NCBI RefSeq assembly: GCF_001447785.1
Contig: NW_015163641.1
Coordinates: 39,699 to 103,698, forward strand
From: Gekko japonicus
Lineage: Eukaryota
DNA length: 64,000 nucleotides
Direction: 5' to 3'
Of the stretch, positions 12,300-23,784 are shown one piece after another. The translations under genes were made by a program, and so were the position numbers. Numbering within the stretch: the stretch's first letter is position 1; every line of letters starts with the position of its first letter. Under the pieces are notes generated by a model. The model ran no database searches and was not told the origin of the DNA. It saw only the letters and a program-made list of their open reading frames with translations.

Positions 12300-14675
12300 T
12301 TCTTTCTGGTTTTGTTTTGTATAGGAGTGTTTTAAAGTAACACACAGAATTTAGGAATAGGAAACAGAATGTACGTGTCATTTCTCTCCTTATCTTGGGC
12401 AGAACACTGTTGTCAACCCGTCTTTTATTACCACATCTGGAATTAGTAATGTGTACAGCTGGGACAAGCTGCCAGCTATCATTTGATGCTTTGCTGTTCT
12501 CTGGAGGGCTCAGAAAAGTACCCACATACCAAGGAGTAATTAGGCTGGCTCACTAATAAAGTTATACTGAACAGTGACAATGAAAGGAGATTTATGATAG
12601 CACTGACACTGAGCATATGGGAACCATTTCTGAATTTGCAGAAATTTCACAAGTCTATCCGTTTTCACCAACAATGTGTAGCAAAACCATGGCTTCTGTC
12701 CAACTCTTTGTTGTTCACTCTATCCCTCTCTGGCTCACTTTTCACCACGTGCAAAATTGGGAGAATATTATTTACCTACCTAATTCACAGAAGTGCCACG
12801 TTGATTTATTTTATATGTAATGTGACATGAGAAAATTTCATCCTTGTGCTTAAGGCATTTTGTTCCATCCGAGGAGGGCTGGCTTCAATTTCAGACTTGA
12901 TAATAATTTCTTTACATAACCTTCAACAAATTCCTTAAATATTGTGAATCTAGGTACCATATGGAAGACGGGCACCATACTCCTTGAAATAAATCAGGGT
13001 GGGGTTTCTTAGTATCCCAGAGGATTGAAGAAGGCTCAGCACATTACACAGTACAATGATTTCCCCTCCCAAAATCTTGAAGGGTCTGTACTGAGTTATC
13101 AACCTCAAGATGAGGTCCGGAGTTATCCTGAAATTACAGCTGATCTCCAGCCTGCCCTGTACAGGGCTGCCCTGGGTTTAGGGTGGCCCTAATGTGTGTG
13201 TGGTGGGGTTAGCCCCCAAGACATCAGCTCCTGTGACTGCAGGCAGGACACAGTAGCCTTCTGCTTGAAGCATCAGACCAGGAACATGTGGCTATGGGTG
13301 GGTGAGCCAGCTTGCTGCACAAAATGGCAGGTTAAGGAACCCACACTCAGTTTTACATGGCAAGCTTGTGAGCTGCAATGTCCATCCAGGCATGTGAGGA
13401 AGTTAATCACTCTTGAACTGAGACCCTGGTTGCTCAGTAACAAAATCCAAAAGTGAAACTCTAATCACATATACCTCCCAGAATGATGCACAGAATGCAC
13501 CATTTGTTCTGAGAACGTCCTGGGACATGTGGATACACCATAGAGAACAGTTGCTTAGTTACAGTTTGCATTTATTGACTAATCTAATTACCTTGAACCA
13601 ATTGTGCCATTTCTCAGGAACCTGGATCTGATGTAGTTAACTAAGTCAAGATTCTTGTTCAATTTTATTAACAGAATTCCATTAAACAGACCTGCTATTC
13701 CAAAGAAGATTCTACCCCTTCTCCAGAAAGTTTAGTCTATTTCTGCACCAATACGAAGTTAAGAAATATTGGCACTCCACTTTATTTATGTGATGGTGCA
13801 TATTTCAATTTAAAGTCACAAATGCAATTCGGGGGGGAGGGAACCCTTGAATTATTTGAACCCCGGCAAATATTTGTATCAGCTTTATCTTAGAACACAA
13901 ACATGGAAGGCCTGTGGTGAGGATCTTATTGGTTCGTATTTGTGAAGCATTTAAAAATTAACCAACACCTTTGGAGGTTTTGGGCATATTTACTCTTCAA
14001 AGCCACAATTTAACGAAAGCTCTTTAAAATATTGTTCAAAGCATTCACTTGTCTTGCCTCACAGGGACAAAGGCAGTTGGGTGCCTCTTTGTTCTGAAAC
14101 TACTCAGATCTCCTAAAGGTCATTTGCACAAGGAAACAGTGTCATAGCAATGATCTTCTTTTGAAGTGTTAGAAAACACAGCAAAAAAAAAATCTGTTGT
14201 AGCGAAAAACACTACATGGGAAAGGTAGTAATTACAAGCAACAGGTTTGTTTTCATACAAGGCATGTGCACCTGTGATATGCTGTTCTTTGTTACAAAAA
14301 AAGTACAAAGTTCATAGAGCCACAGTTCAGCTGTGTATGAAACCAAGAATTCTGGAACACTCATATGTATGACATAGTTAATAATTTGTCAGGACTTAAA
14401 ACACAGCCACGTTCCTCCATGTTCTCCCATCCGTGCAGTGAAAACAATGACTAGACTTGTTCAGATATTACAGCTTTCCGTATATTATCTAATTTGAATT
14501 TGGTGTTTTAAAGGATTATGAGAATATTCTCATGAAGGTGCATGAAGTAGGAAAAACACCATTATCCTTTCTTTATATCTTAACCAATATCTGTGATTAG
14601 GTTACCCATGATATGATCTTGAGAAAGTGCAGTGAAGTGTGGTATGATACTCAACACTGTTTTTCTTATTCCAAC

Positions 14676-15050
14676 GAGCGCTGAAGAATAGATGTTTTTG
14701 AATTATGGTGCTGGAGAAAACTCTTGAGAGTCCCTTGGACGGCAAGGAGATCAAATCAGTCAACCCTAAAGGAAATCAACCCTGACTGTTCCCTGGAAGG
14801 CCAGATACTGAAGCCGAAGCTCAAATACTTTGGCCATCAAATGAGAAGGGAGCACTCACTGGAGAAGACCCTGATGCTGGGAATGATTGAAGGTAAAAGA
14901 AGAAGGGTATGGCAAAGGATGAAATGGTTAGACAGTGTTATCGATGCAGCAAACATGAAACTGGGCAGGCTCTGGAGGACGGCAGAGGACAGGAGGGCTT
15001 GGCGTGATGTGGTCCATGGAGTCAGACTTGACTGTGCAACTGAACAACAA
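14676..15050 (+). mobile_element. RTE-BovB LINE 3' fragment
   Basis: RIDVFELWCWRKLLRVPWTARRSNQSTLKEINPDCSLEGQILKPKLKYFGH...; CTGAACAACAA tail. Confidence 0.93.
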
Positions 15051-15250
15051 TTGTTTTCTTAATAAGATAATATGATCTTTTGAATGCTAGTCAGCAAAAC
15101 TCTATTTCTCGAATGTGGCAGCAGAATAAAAAAATTTGGCCAGGAGATTCCACCCCCCCTAAAAAGTTGATTTGTATCTACCATTTCTGTTTAGTTTAAT
15201 GAGTTTTGTTCTCCACATTCTGAAGACAGGTGTACCTCTGAATGGATTAA

Positions 15251-15337
15251 CTGTGCAGTTCTAAAGAGTTAACACCCTTTCAAGCCCATTGACTTCAATG
15301 GACTCAGAAGGGCATAATTCTGTTTAGGACTGCACTG
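15251..15337. mobile_element. Short palindromic PIF/Harbinger-like MITE
   Basis: CTGTGCAGTTCTAA...TTAGGACTGCACTG flanked by TAA on both sides (3-bp TSD); central CCCATTGACTTCAATGG hairpin. Confidence 0.75.
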
Positions 15338-16089
15338 TAAATAGATGACTCCATGCAAATCCAATTTAAGGATGATTCTTTTCACAAGGTGAACAATACA
15401 TAAAGCAAATTATAAATACCTTGCTTCTTCTTCAATCAAGAAATAAAACCTAAACACTACTCAAGGCTAGGAGGACATCATTAATAAAAATAAACACATT
15501 AATATTTCATGTTTAGTTAAAATAGGTGTTTAAAACAGGAAATTACAAAAAAGGTCCACGGTGGCATAAGATTACAATTTCCCCAATAAATACAGCATTT
15601 AAAGGATTTTGTAATATGGAGGCAATGGCCAAAATATTGAACATCAAAAATACATATTACAGAATTTAAAGGGAACATGTCTCACTAGCCCACTTTTATC
15701 CTGTTCTTCTCGTGTACACAGTTGTCCAGACTTTGTCCTTAGAAAGCCCTGTGATGGAAGTGTGACGGAGAAAGTCTGACAGGCTAAGGTCACCCAGTGA
15801 GTTTCATGACAAAATTCTGGAACCCAGATCTCTTAAAGTTGAAGGCAGCAGGAAAATAGGAATACCCAACATGAGATGGATAGGGCAGCAGGAAGAAGCC
15901 ACAGCCCTCAAGCCACAGCCCTCAGTTTGCAACACCTGAATAAGGCTGTAAACGATAGGACATTTTGGAGGTCATTAATTCATAGGGTTGCCGTAAGTCG
16001 AAAGTGACTTGAAGGCATTTACACACACCCCCGCACAGACACACTTAAAGTCTTATCTCGTATGTCATACATAACAACATTATATAACA

Positions 16090-17496
16090 CTAGGAAGAAT
16101 GCCCATTGTGGAACTGAAGACAACGGGGTGCAAGCTTGGCCGTGGGTGCGGGTCGCCGTCTCCATCTGGATCCCCCCAGGGCGAAACTGGCCGTCCTGCC
16201 CCACACGGTCAAGGCTCTAGTGGGCCAAGGTGCCTGGCCTCGCCCCTCCCCCGGCACCCCTGCCCACTCGAGGCACCAGCGGGGTAAGATGGACAGGCTC
16301 ATCCCTCTCCCTGCAATGGGTGCAAGCCCGGCCAGGCGCGGGGTGCTGCCCACTTCCCACCCCCCAACTCGGGGAAGCAGCCTGCCGCATTCCCCCTCGC
16401 AGGGTTGAGGCCCAGGTAGGTCAAGGCACCTGGGTTGGCTGCTCCCGCCACCACCCCCAGCCGAGCGAGGCCCCAGCGGGGCAAGCAGACTGGGCTCGTC
16501 CGTCTCCCTGTAGTGGGCGGCAACGTGGGCGGGTGACTGCAGGCCTGTGTCTCCTTCCCCAGTCCCCTCTCCTCTGCCCTCCTGCCATGCAGTCGACGCT
16601 CCAGCGGGAAAAGCTGCCTGGCCTCATTTGTCAACCCGGTACCCCTGCCCAATCGAGGTGCTGGTGGGAGAAGGCAGCCAGGCTTGCCCCTCTCCCCGCA
16701 ATGGGCACAAGCCGGGCGCAGCGCACCATCCACTTCCCGGTCTCCCCAACCTGGGGAAGCAGTCCGCACCCCTCCCCCCGTGGGGTCGAGGTCTCAGCAG
16801 GTCAAGGCGCCTGGGTTGGCTGCTCCCACCGCGAGGCCCCAGTGGGACAAGCGGGCCAGGCTCATCCCTCTCCCTGCAATGGGAGGCAGCTCGGGCGGGC
16901 GGCTGCAGGCCCGCGTCTCCTTCCTTGGACCCCTCTCCTCGGCCCTCCCTATGCATGCTTGAGGCCCCGGCGGGCCAAGCCGCCTGGCCTCATCCATCCC
17001 CACCATGGGGCAACGGGACAGGCTGGGCCTGGCTGCCCGGCAGGACTCAGGCACGGTGGCACGGTGCCATCTCTCCTCATCTGCAGACCGCACAGAGGAG
17101 GTGCGAGGGAATGGGCCACCCCTAGTGCCTTTCCAGGCGGCTGGGCGGAGCCCGTGCATGTCGGCCTGAGCCTCCTCTTGGCTGGTGGTGGCTCCTGGCT
17201 GCCGCAGCTCAGCAGCAGTGGCATGGCCCCGTCTGGGGACTGCAGGCCAAGTGAGGGTGTCTGGCCAGTGGAGCACCCAGCCCGGCCTGGAACTTGAAGG
17301 AAACCGAGCGCAAAAGGGTGGTCGCTGCCTCCGTGGGCAGGAGGACACCCTCCGTGAGCAGGAGGACACAGGCAGCAGCACATCAAATGGAGAGAGACAC
17401 CCTGTGAGTGACACATCAGGGCGCCAACCAATTCCGGAGTGTGTGGAATGTTCTAGAGAAGTGCCACCACCATTTAGCTTTTATTTATAAGGGAGA
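16090..17496 (-). mobile_element. Non-autonomous Helitron with internal GC-rich tandem repeats
   Basis: Minus strand reads A|TCTCCCTTATAAATAAAAG ... CCCGTTGT-loop-ACAATGGG hairpin ... CTAG|T; no TSD; A/T insertion site. Confidence 0.8.
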
Positions 17497-20043
17497 TCGG
17501 TTCTCTAAAGATTTACTGCAGAGAAATCCAGGCATTTCACATTGCGGGCAAAGATTGTTTCCACACTAACATAGAGAAGGTAGACCATAAAACAATGCAG
17601 TTCAGAGATTTTCTTTAGTAGAGTGGAAGAAAATATTACCATAAAGGCAACATGATGGGTCCTTTCCTTCATATGAAAAGTACCACATAATGATATTGTG
17701 CATTTCCCCTGCTCTCACCAGTTACAATCAGTGGGGGGCACACAATGGGATGGCGTCAGGACATAGGGGAATAACATATTACAGATGGTGGGAACTGAAG
17801 AAGAGGCTGGCTGGCCTTTTTGGTAACAGCCACAGGTTTTTCATAAAGTGAAATAATGTTAACTTAATGTAGAGGTTTGCTTCTTCTTCTTTTTTAAAGA
17901 CATGTAAATATATATATATATATTGTAGTACTATATATGAATCCACTGACTGTGTTATTAGGATATTATTGTTTCTGTTGCATGCCTTGGTAGAGGGAGT
18001 GAAGAACATTTTCCCTCAGAGTCTGAGGAGATGTCCTGAAGAAGGAAATCAAGCATTATTTTGGAGCTTCATTGATGGATTCCCATGTTGACATGAACTT
18101 TATGTAATTATGTCAGGATCTACTAGTGTGGAATGCTTCAGGAAACAATCTATGAATTTTGAAGTACAGTACAAAAGGAAGGAAATGATAGGAAATAATA
18201 TTGATGGTTGAACAACATGGTTCACAAAACAATTTAGGGATAGAGATGTCTGGAGACATTCCAAGAAGCTTTATAAATTGAGGATTACATTATATTAGTT
18301 ATTGTTGTTTGCTGTGACACAGACACAGAATACTGGCAATCGCCTAGAGTTTTACAATAATCCTCCTAGTTTAGAGAAGCTGTGGACAAAGAGATGTTAT
18401 TGTTGCAGCAATAATTTTCACATGCCTTAATTCCTCATGTTTCAGCAGTTGCTAAAAGTGTCATCTCCAAGTTTGCACTAAAAACAATATCTGTCACTAA
18501 GTCAATGGCAAACCATGTCCATCGCTATGCATGACTGTAGAAGGTATGCCATACTTGTCTACTGTTACTTACATGCTAGATAGTGGTGTTCATATTCTGT
18601 GATAGTTTAGAATTTTCTTTTCTTCAGTTTTCTGGTGATGAAAGACAAAGGCTTCTTGGGCAAAGATGGAACACATACACAAAACTGCCTTATACTGAGT
18701 CAGACAATTGCTCTATTAGGGTCAGTATTGTCCTCTCTGACGGGCAGCAGCTCTCTTTGTCACATCATCTACTACCTGGAGATTAACCTCAGACCTTCTG
18801 AGGGTAAAAGCATATGGAATAGCTTTTGGAAATACTCACATAAAGAAACAGTTGAGACAGTGTAAAAATTCTTTTTTTCTTCCAGGGATATTTCTTATGG
18901 AACTCAAGGAAGTTTACACAGGATTCCCAAGACGTCTCCCACCCAAGCACTAGCAAGAACCAAACCTGCTAAGCTTCAGGAGGTTGCTGGGTCATAGGCT
19001 TTGCAACCTTAGCCTGGAAAGGTAATATCAGATGACTTTTTGAGTACATGGATGCTGTCGTTTTGGGACCACCAGCATAGGCTGACTGTTCTCTACGGTG
19101 CCACAAATGTACTGTTTTGGAAATCTTGTTGGTGTGTGTACTGTTACATAGCACAGCCCAAATTGGCTGTTGTATTCCACTGGAACAGTTGGAACTTGGT
19201 TCAGACAGCTGATCTGGACAGAACACAGAACATGAGCAGCAGTAAATAGATTCCATCTATAAGCCAGTGGTAGCATGGACTATTCTAAGCAGATTTTTAC
19301 AAAGTAGCTCTCATGGGCTGTCATAAGAATGAGCCATATACTAAAGGTATTTTAAACTAATGCAACTATTCATGTGAAAATTATTCCAAAAATCTGCTGT
19401 AAATATCTTTCTATAAGTAAGGCTCTTAAATAACTTTATTGTTTAATGTGGATTTTGGTCACTTGACCTTTGTGTTAATATGTGATAATGCTATATTTAG
19501 TCAGGAAACGTTCAGCTTCATGTTCATAATGAGCAAATTAGTATTCCCATTCAATATAAAATAATTGTTTAGTTTTTCTACATGTGATCTGTAGAATTCA
19601 CTATTCTTAAAATAAATCTTATGGAATATGACCTATCACTCTTTTAAAAGTATTATTCCCAAACAGAGGCCTAAATCGAACATTTAAGGCAATGATTGCC
19701 AGTCCTAAACTTGATTGATCAAAAGTGCAACCTTTTTTCATCCAAAGAAAACCCGGATTTCATAGATTGTTGTATATATGATAGTTTTGTCATGTGTATT
19801 TCAAAAGAAGTGAACATCAGTGCTATGGAATCATGTGTATCTAGGTGCAAATTATGATCAGGAAAGATATCAACTTTCAGTGTTGTTTCATCTCTGTGGC
19901 AATTTAATATAGCAGAAACAGTAAAAGTCATTACTGTCATCCAACAAGAACCAAACAAAACTTGATATAAGGTTAAGTAACATAACTAATTAATTGCACA
20001 TCTGACTTCAGTGGAGAATATGAAATACCACAGTAGGGATGTG

Positions 20044-20154
20044 GTCACACGTACTAAATAACTTACAATGCACTTTCCAACTGGATTTTGACAGTTCACA
20101 CAGTAAAATCCAGTTGGAAAGTGCACTGAAAGTGGATTATTTAGTGTGTGTGAC
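20044..20154. mobile_element. Palindromic MITE
   Basis: GTCACAC...TAAATAA...TGCACTTTCCAACTGGATTTT / AAAATCCAGTTGGAAAGTGCA...TTATTTA...GTGTGAC fold-back. Confidence 0.75.
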
Positions 20155-20267
20155 TGAAAAGAAGAATTTTAATGCAATGATCCTCTGGGGGTGAAGTCTG
20201 TAAACAGAGTAATAAGACATTCCCCATGTCTTTCCCATTAACTATAGATGCCAACAGCTTTAGATAC

Positions 20268-21038
20268 TGTCCCGGTCCAGCGGCCTTGGGACGAGGACCC
20301 CATCCCCCAGAGACGCCCCAACCACACGACTCACCCAGGAATCAGCAGAGGAACGGAGCAGCAATGACGCCATGGCAGCCGAGGGAGCTGCAGCATGGTG
20401 ACTCGCTGTGGGAAACCCCAGGAGAGACGATCATTGGTGACCCAGGAGGATGCAGTCATGCCAGCAGAGCATGGCCCCTGGAACGTGCACCCCGGAACTC
20501 TACCCGAAGGAACAGCGGCACGGACGCCGCTAGGGGAGGGCTGAGGGCAGACACGGTGGGGAACCCAGGTGACAGCAATGGTGGCCTGGGCTGAGGGCAG
20601 ACACGGTGGGGAACCCTAACCCTAACCCAGGGGCCGGGCAATGGTGGCCCGGCCCCTGGGCCAACAGGACCTCCACCGGCACACTCGTGACCACGCCCAG
20701 AATGGCCAGATGGCGTCGAGGCTTATCACAGGGGCGGGGCCAGGCTGGGAGCAGAGGGGGGCGGGAAGCAGGTTTGGAAGGGCCAGGGAGGAGGAATGTG
20801 CAACGGAACATGACTGAGAGAGAAAGCGAGAGAGAGCAGCAGAACAGGAGGGGTCCCATGCACGCTGGCAGAGGGACTTATGGGGTGACCTTAACTCCGT
20901 CCCCTGCCTGTCTGAGGCCCCACCACAACCTCCTCTTTGACAAACCCTCCCCAACCCTCAGGGCCGTTGACCCCATTGGGAGGGCAGACACTATGGCCAC
21001 AGGTGGGGCAGCCCCAAGGCCACGAACGGAGCTTGACA
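20268..21038. mobile_element. GC-rich solo LTR (771 bp)
   Basis: TGTC...GACA termini with perfect 5-bp TSD GATAC; CpG-rich; internal duplicated GGGCTGAGGGCAGACACGGTGGGGAACCC. Confidence 0.85.
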
Positions 21039-21887
21039 GATACATCCAGTGATCTTCTCTACAACAATATGCTATTGTTACAAACTGTCTACCAGTTTTG
21101 ATTCCAGGCTTTTTAGGGTGTAATGGACTGAACAATGGGTGCAATCCAAGATATTATATGGCTACTTTACTGATGCTGAGGGAATGTTGCGCTTCTAACC
21201 CTCTTTGGTTATCCAGTACCACAAACTGTATGAACACAAATAGGGCTGTCAGAGTGTGAGATGGCTTGTGTACTTCATGGGTTATAGCACCTTCCCTTTG
21301 CAGTGCTGTGGCGACTGGATAAAGCACATGTGGTGGATTCCCCCCTCCCCATCTTTTTGCAATGTGTAAAGGTATCGATACTTGTGATAAAGAGCAACTA
21401 AGGATGATGCAGAGTTCATGTTTGCAGGGTGGGCCATCTGCCTCCTGGTGGTGTTCGGGAGAAGCTGTGTGTTGTTGTTGTTGTTGAAGGCTGCTGGAGT
21501 TGTTACAGTTAGGGCACCTAGACCCAAGTTGTATAAAATTTATATAACAAACATGTTGATTTTATTTGTAGGCAGGGGAGATCACTTTTGGAGGATCCCA
21601 TTATAACCAGAGGTCGATTCGGGGGGATCGCGAGGGATCGCTGTTCCCCTGGATGAGGTGTGGGGGCGGGGCAAATGATGAAGCCCTGCCCCCTGCTTCT
21701 GGCTGCCCCTCTTCCAGCCCTCATTCAGCCAGGAGAAGGCAGGAGAAGAGGGAGAGTAAGTTGCTTCCTCCCCGCCTCTCCCCACCCCTGCCTGCCTGGG
21801 GCCAGGGAGGGCCTTTGCGGGGCTTCCTTGCACTCCCGCCGGCCTTTCAGGTCCACCATGGGGCTCGGCAGTGGAGCTGCAAGGCCG

Positions 21888-22708
21888 NNNNNNNNNNNNN
21901 NNNNNNNNNNNNNNNNNNNNNNNNNNNNNNNNNNNNNNNNNNNNNNNNNNNNNNNNNNNNNNNNNNNNNNNNNNNNNNNNNNNNNNNNNNNNNNNNNNNN
22001 NNNNNNNNNNNNNNNNNNNNNNNNNNNNNNNNNNNNNNNNNNNNNNNNNNNNNNNNNNNNNNNNNNNNNNNNNNNNNNNNNNNNNNNNNNNNNNNNNNNN
22101 NNNNNNNNNNNNNNNNNNNNNNNNNNNNNNNNNNNNNNNNNNNNNNNNNNNNNNNNNNNNNNNNNNNNNNNNNNNNNNNNNNNNNNNNNNNNNNNNNNNN
22201 NNNNNNNNNNNNNNNNNNNNNNNNNNNNNNNNNNNNNNNNNNNNNNNNNNNNNNNNNNNNNNNNNNNNNNNNNNNNNNNNNNNNNNNNNNNNNNNNNNNN
22301 NNNNNNNNNNNNNNNNNNNNNNNNNNNNNNNNNNNNNNNNNNNNNNNNNNNNNNNNNNNNNNNNNNNNNNNNNNNNNNNNNNNNNNNNNNNNNNNNNNNN
22401 NNNNNNNNNNNNNNNNNNNNNNNNNNNNNNNNNNNNNNNNNNNNNNNNNNNNNNNNNNNNNNNNNNNNNNNNNNNNNNNNNNNNNNNNNNNNNNNNNNNN
22501 NNNNNNNNNNNNNNNNNNNNNNNNNNNNNNNNNNNNNNNNNNNNNNNNNNNNNNNNNNNNNNNNNNNNNNNNNNNNNNNNNNNNNNNNNNNNNNNNNNNN
22601 NNNNNNNNNNNNNNNNNNNNNNNNNNNNNNNNNNNNNNNNNNNNNNNNNNNNNNNNNNNNNNNNNNNNNNNNNNNNNNNNNNNNNNNNNNNNNNNNNNNN
22701 NNNNNNNN
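21888..22708. other. Assembly gap
   Basis: Run of N. Confidence 1.
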
Positions 22709-22879
22709 CTCTCAACAAACCAGTTACTGAAAATAGATAACATTGTGTTGAAGTTCTATCCTTTTTACCTGACATGGGTGGTTTGCTTGTTTTCCCCCAC
22801 ATGTGCCATCAGATAGGCTTGCCAGCTCTGAGTTGGCAATACCTTGGAGATTTTGGGGGTGGAGCCTGAGTGGTGGGTT

Positions 22880-22992
22880 TAGATTCAGAGGAATTAGCTG
22901 TGTTAGTCTGTTGCTGCAAAATAGTCCAAGAGTTCAAATAGCACCTTTAAGACTAACAAATAGCACCTTTAACCTTTAAGACTAAGACTAAC
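22880..22992. mobile_element. Penelope-like element terminal fragment
   Basis: TTAGCTGTGTTAGTCTG...TAGCACCTTTAAGACTAAC, typical of reptile Penelope pseudo-LTR ends; locally duplicated. Confidence 0.55.
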
Positions 22993-23214
22993 TGAGTGGT
23001 GGGTGTGGCCTTATGATACACTTCCGGTGATGTCAGGGGGTGTGGCATATGCTAATGAGTTATGCTAATGAGTTCCCCTACTTCTTTTTCTACGAAACGA
23101 CCCCTGATTATAACAATGGCTTCTTAGGATCTGGAAACCTTATAGATCTTGTGGATTGGGGGATGGATTATAAATTTCAAACTGCTGTCAGATGCTGGAA
23201 GGAGAGAGGAATCT

Positions 23215-23784
23215 GGTATAGGTACCTCATAGCGCCAGCACTGATCCTGCCCTGGTGCACTACTTAGTCCAGTGCTTCTTAAACTGAAACTATTATATTT
23301 GAGAAGTTCTAAATTCAGAATAAACAGATTTTCATAGGCCCCTCCAAAGAAGTGGTCCTGCAAAGACTACCTAGAAAACCTACCACATGAAAGAGAGGAT
23401 GTGATCTGTGCAGAAGGTATACTTTATTGCAATGGCACTTGCTTCCGCCGGCCTTGCAGGTCCACCGCCGGGCCCCTGATGTCAGGGGGTGTGGCATATG
23501 CTAATGAGTTATGCTAATGAGTTCCCCTAGCTCTTTTTCTATGAAATGACCCCTGGGTATAGGTACCTCAAAGCGCCAGCACTGATCCTGCCCTGGTGCA
23601 TTACTTAGTCCAGTGCTTCTTAAACTGAAACTATTATATTTGAGAAGTTCTAAATTCAGAATAAACAGATTTTCATAGGCCCCTCCAAAGAAGTGGTCCT
23701 GCCAAGACTACCTAGAAAACCTACCACATGAAAGAGAGGATGTGATCTGTGCAGAAGGTATACTTTATTGCAATGGCACTTGCT
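23215..23784. repeat. 229-bp direct duplication separated by a hAT MITE right end
   Basis: 23215-23443 vs 23556-23784 (3 mismatches); 23444-23555 is a MITE 3' arm ending GAAATGACCCCTG. Confidence 0.92.

Larger units (their letters stand above)
21608..23106 (+). mobile_element. hAT element spanning an assembly gap
   Basis: Left end CAGAGGTCGATTCG, right end CGAAACGACCCCTG, perfect 8-bp TSD ATTATAAC; left arm homologous to 54136-54477. Confidence 0.7.

Noticed and set aside
16230-17297. 355-aa ORF and many overlapping ORFs
   Set aside because: Lies in the GC-rich tandem interior of a Helitron; open on both strands in several frames because stops are rare; no recognisable domain.
20226-21144. 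CpG-island-like region with multiple ORFs
   Set aside because: Bounded by TG...CA and a 5-bp TSD, so a solo LTR rather than a host promoter or exon.
21202-21233. TCTTTGGTTATC...CTGTATGA resemblance to miR-9-5p
   Set aside because: Needs a 9-nt insertion plus a mismatch, and no complementary 3p arm or hairpin follows; likely chance.
21582-22816. Long ORFs of 289-406 aa
   Set aside because: Artefacts of translating through the N gap.
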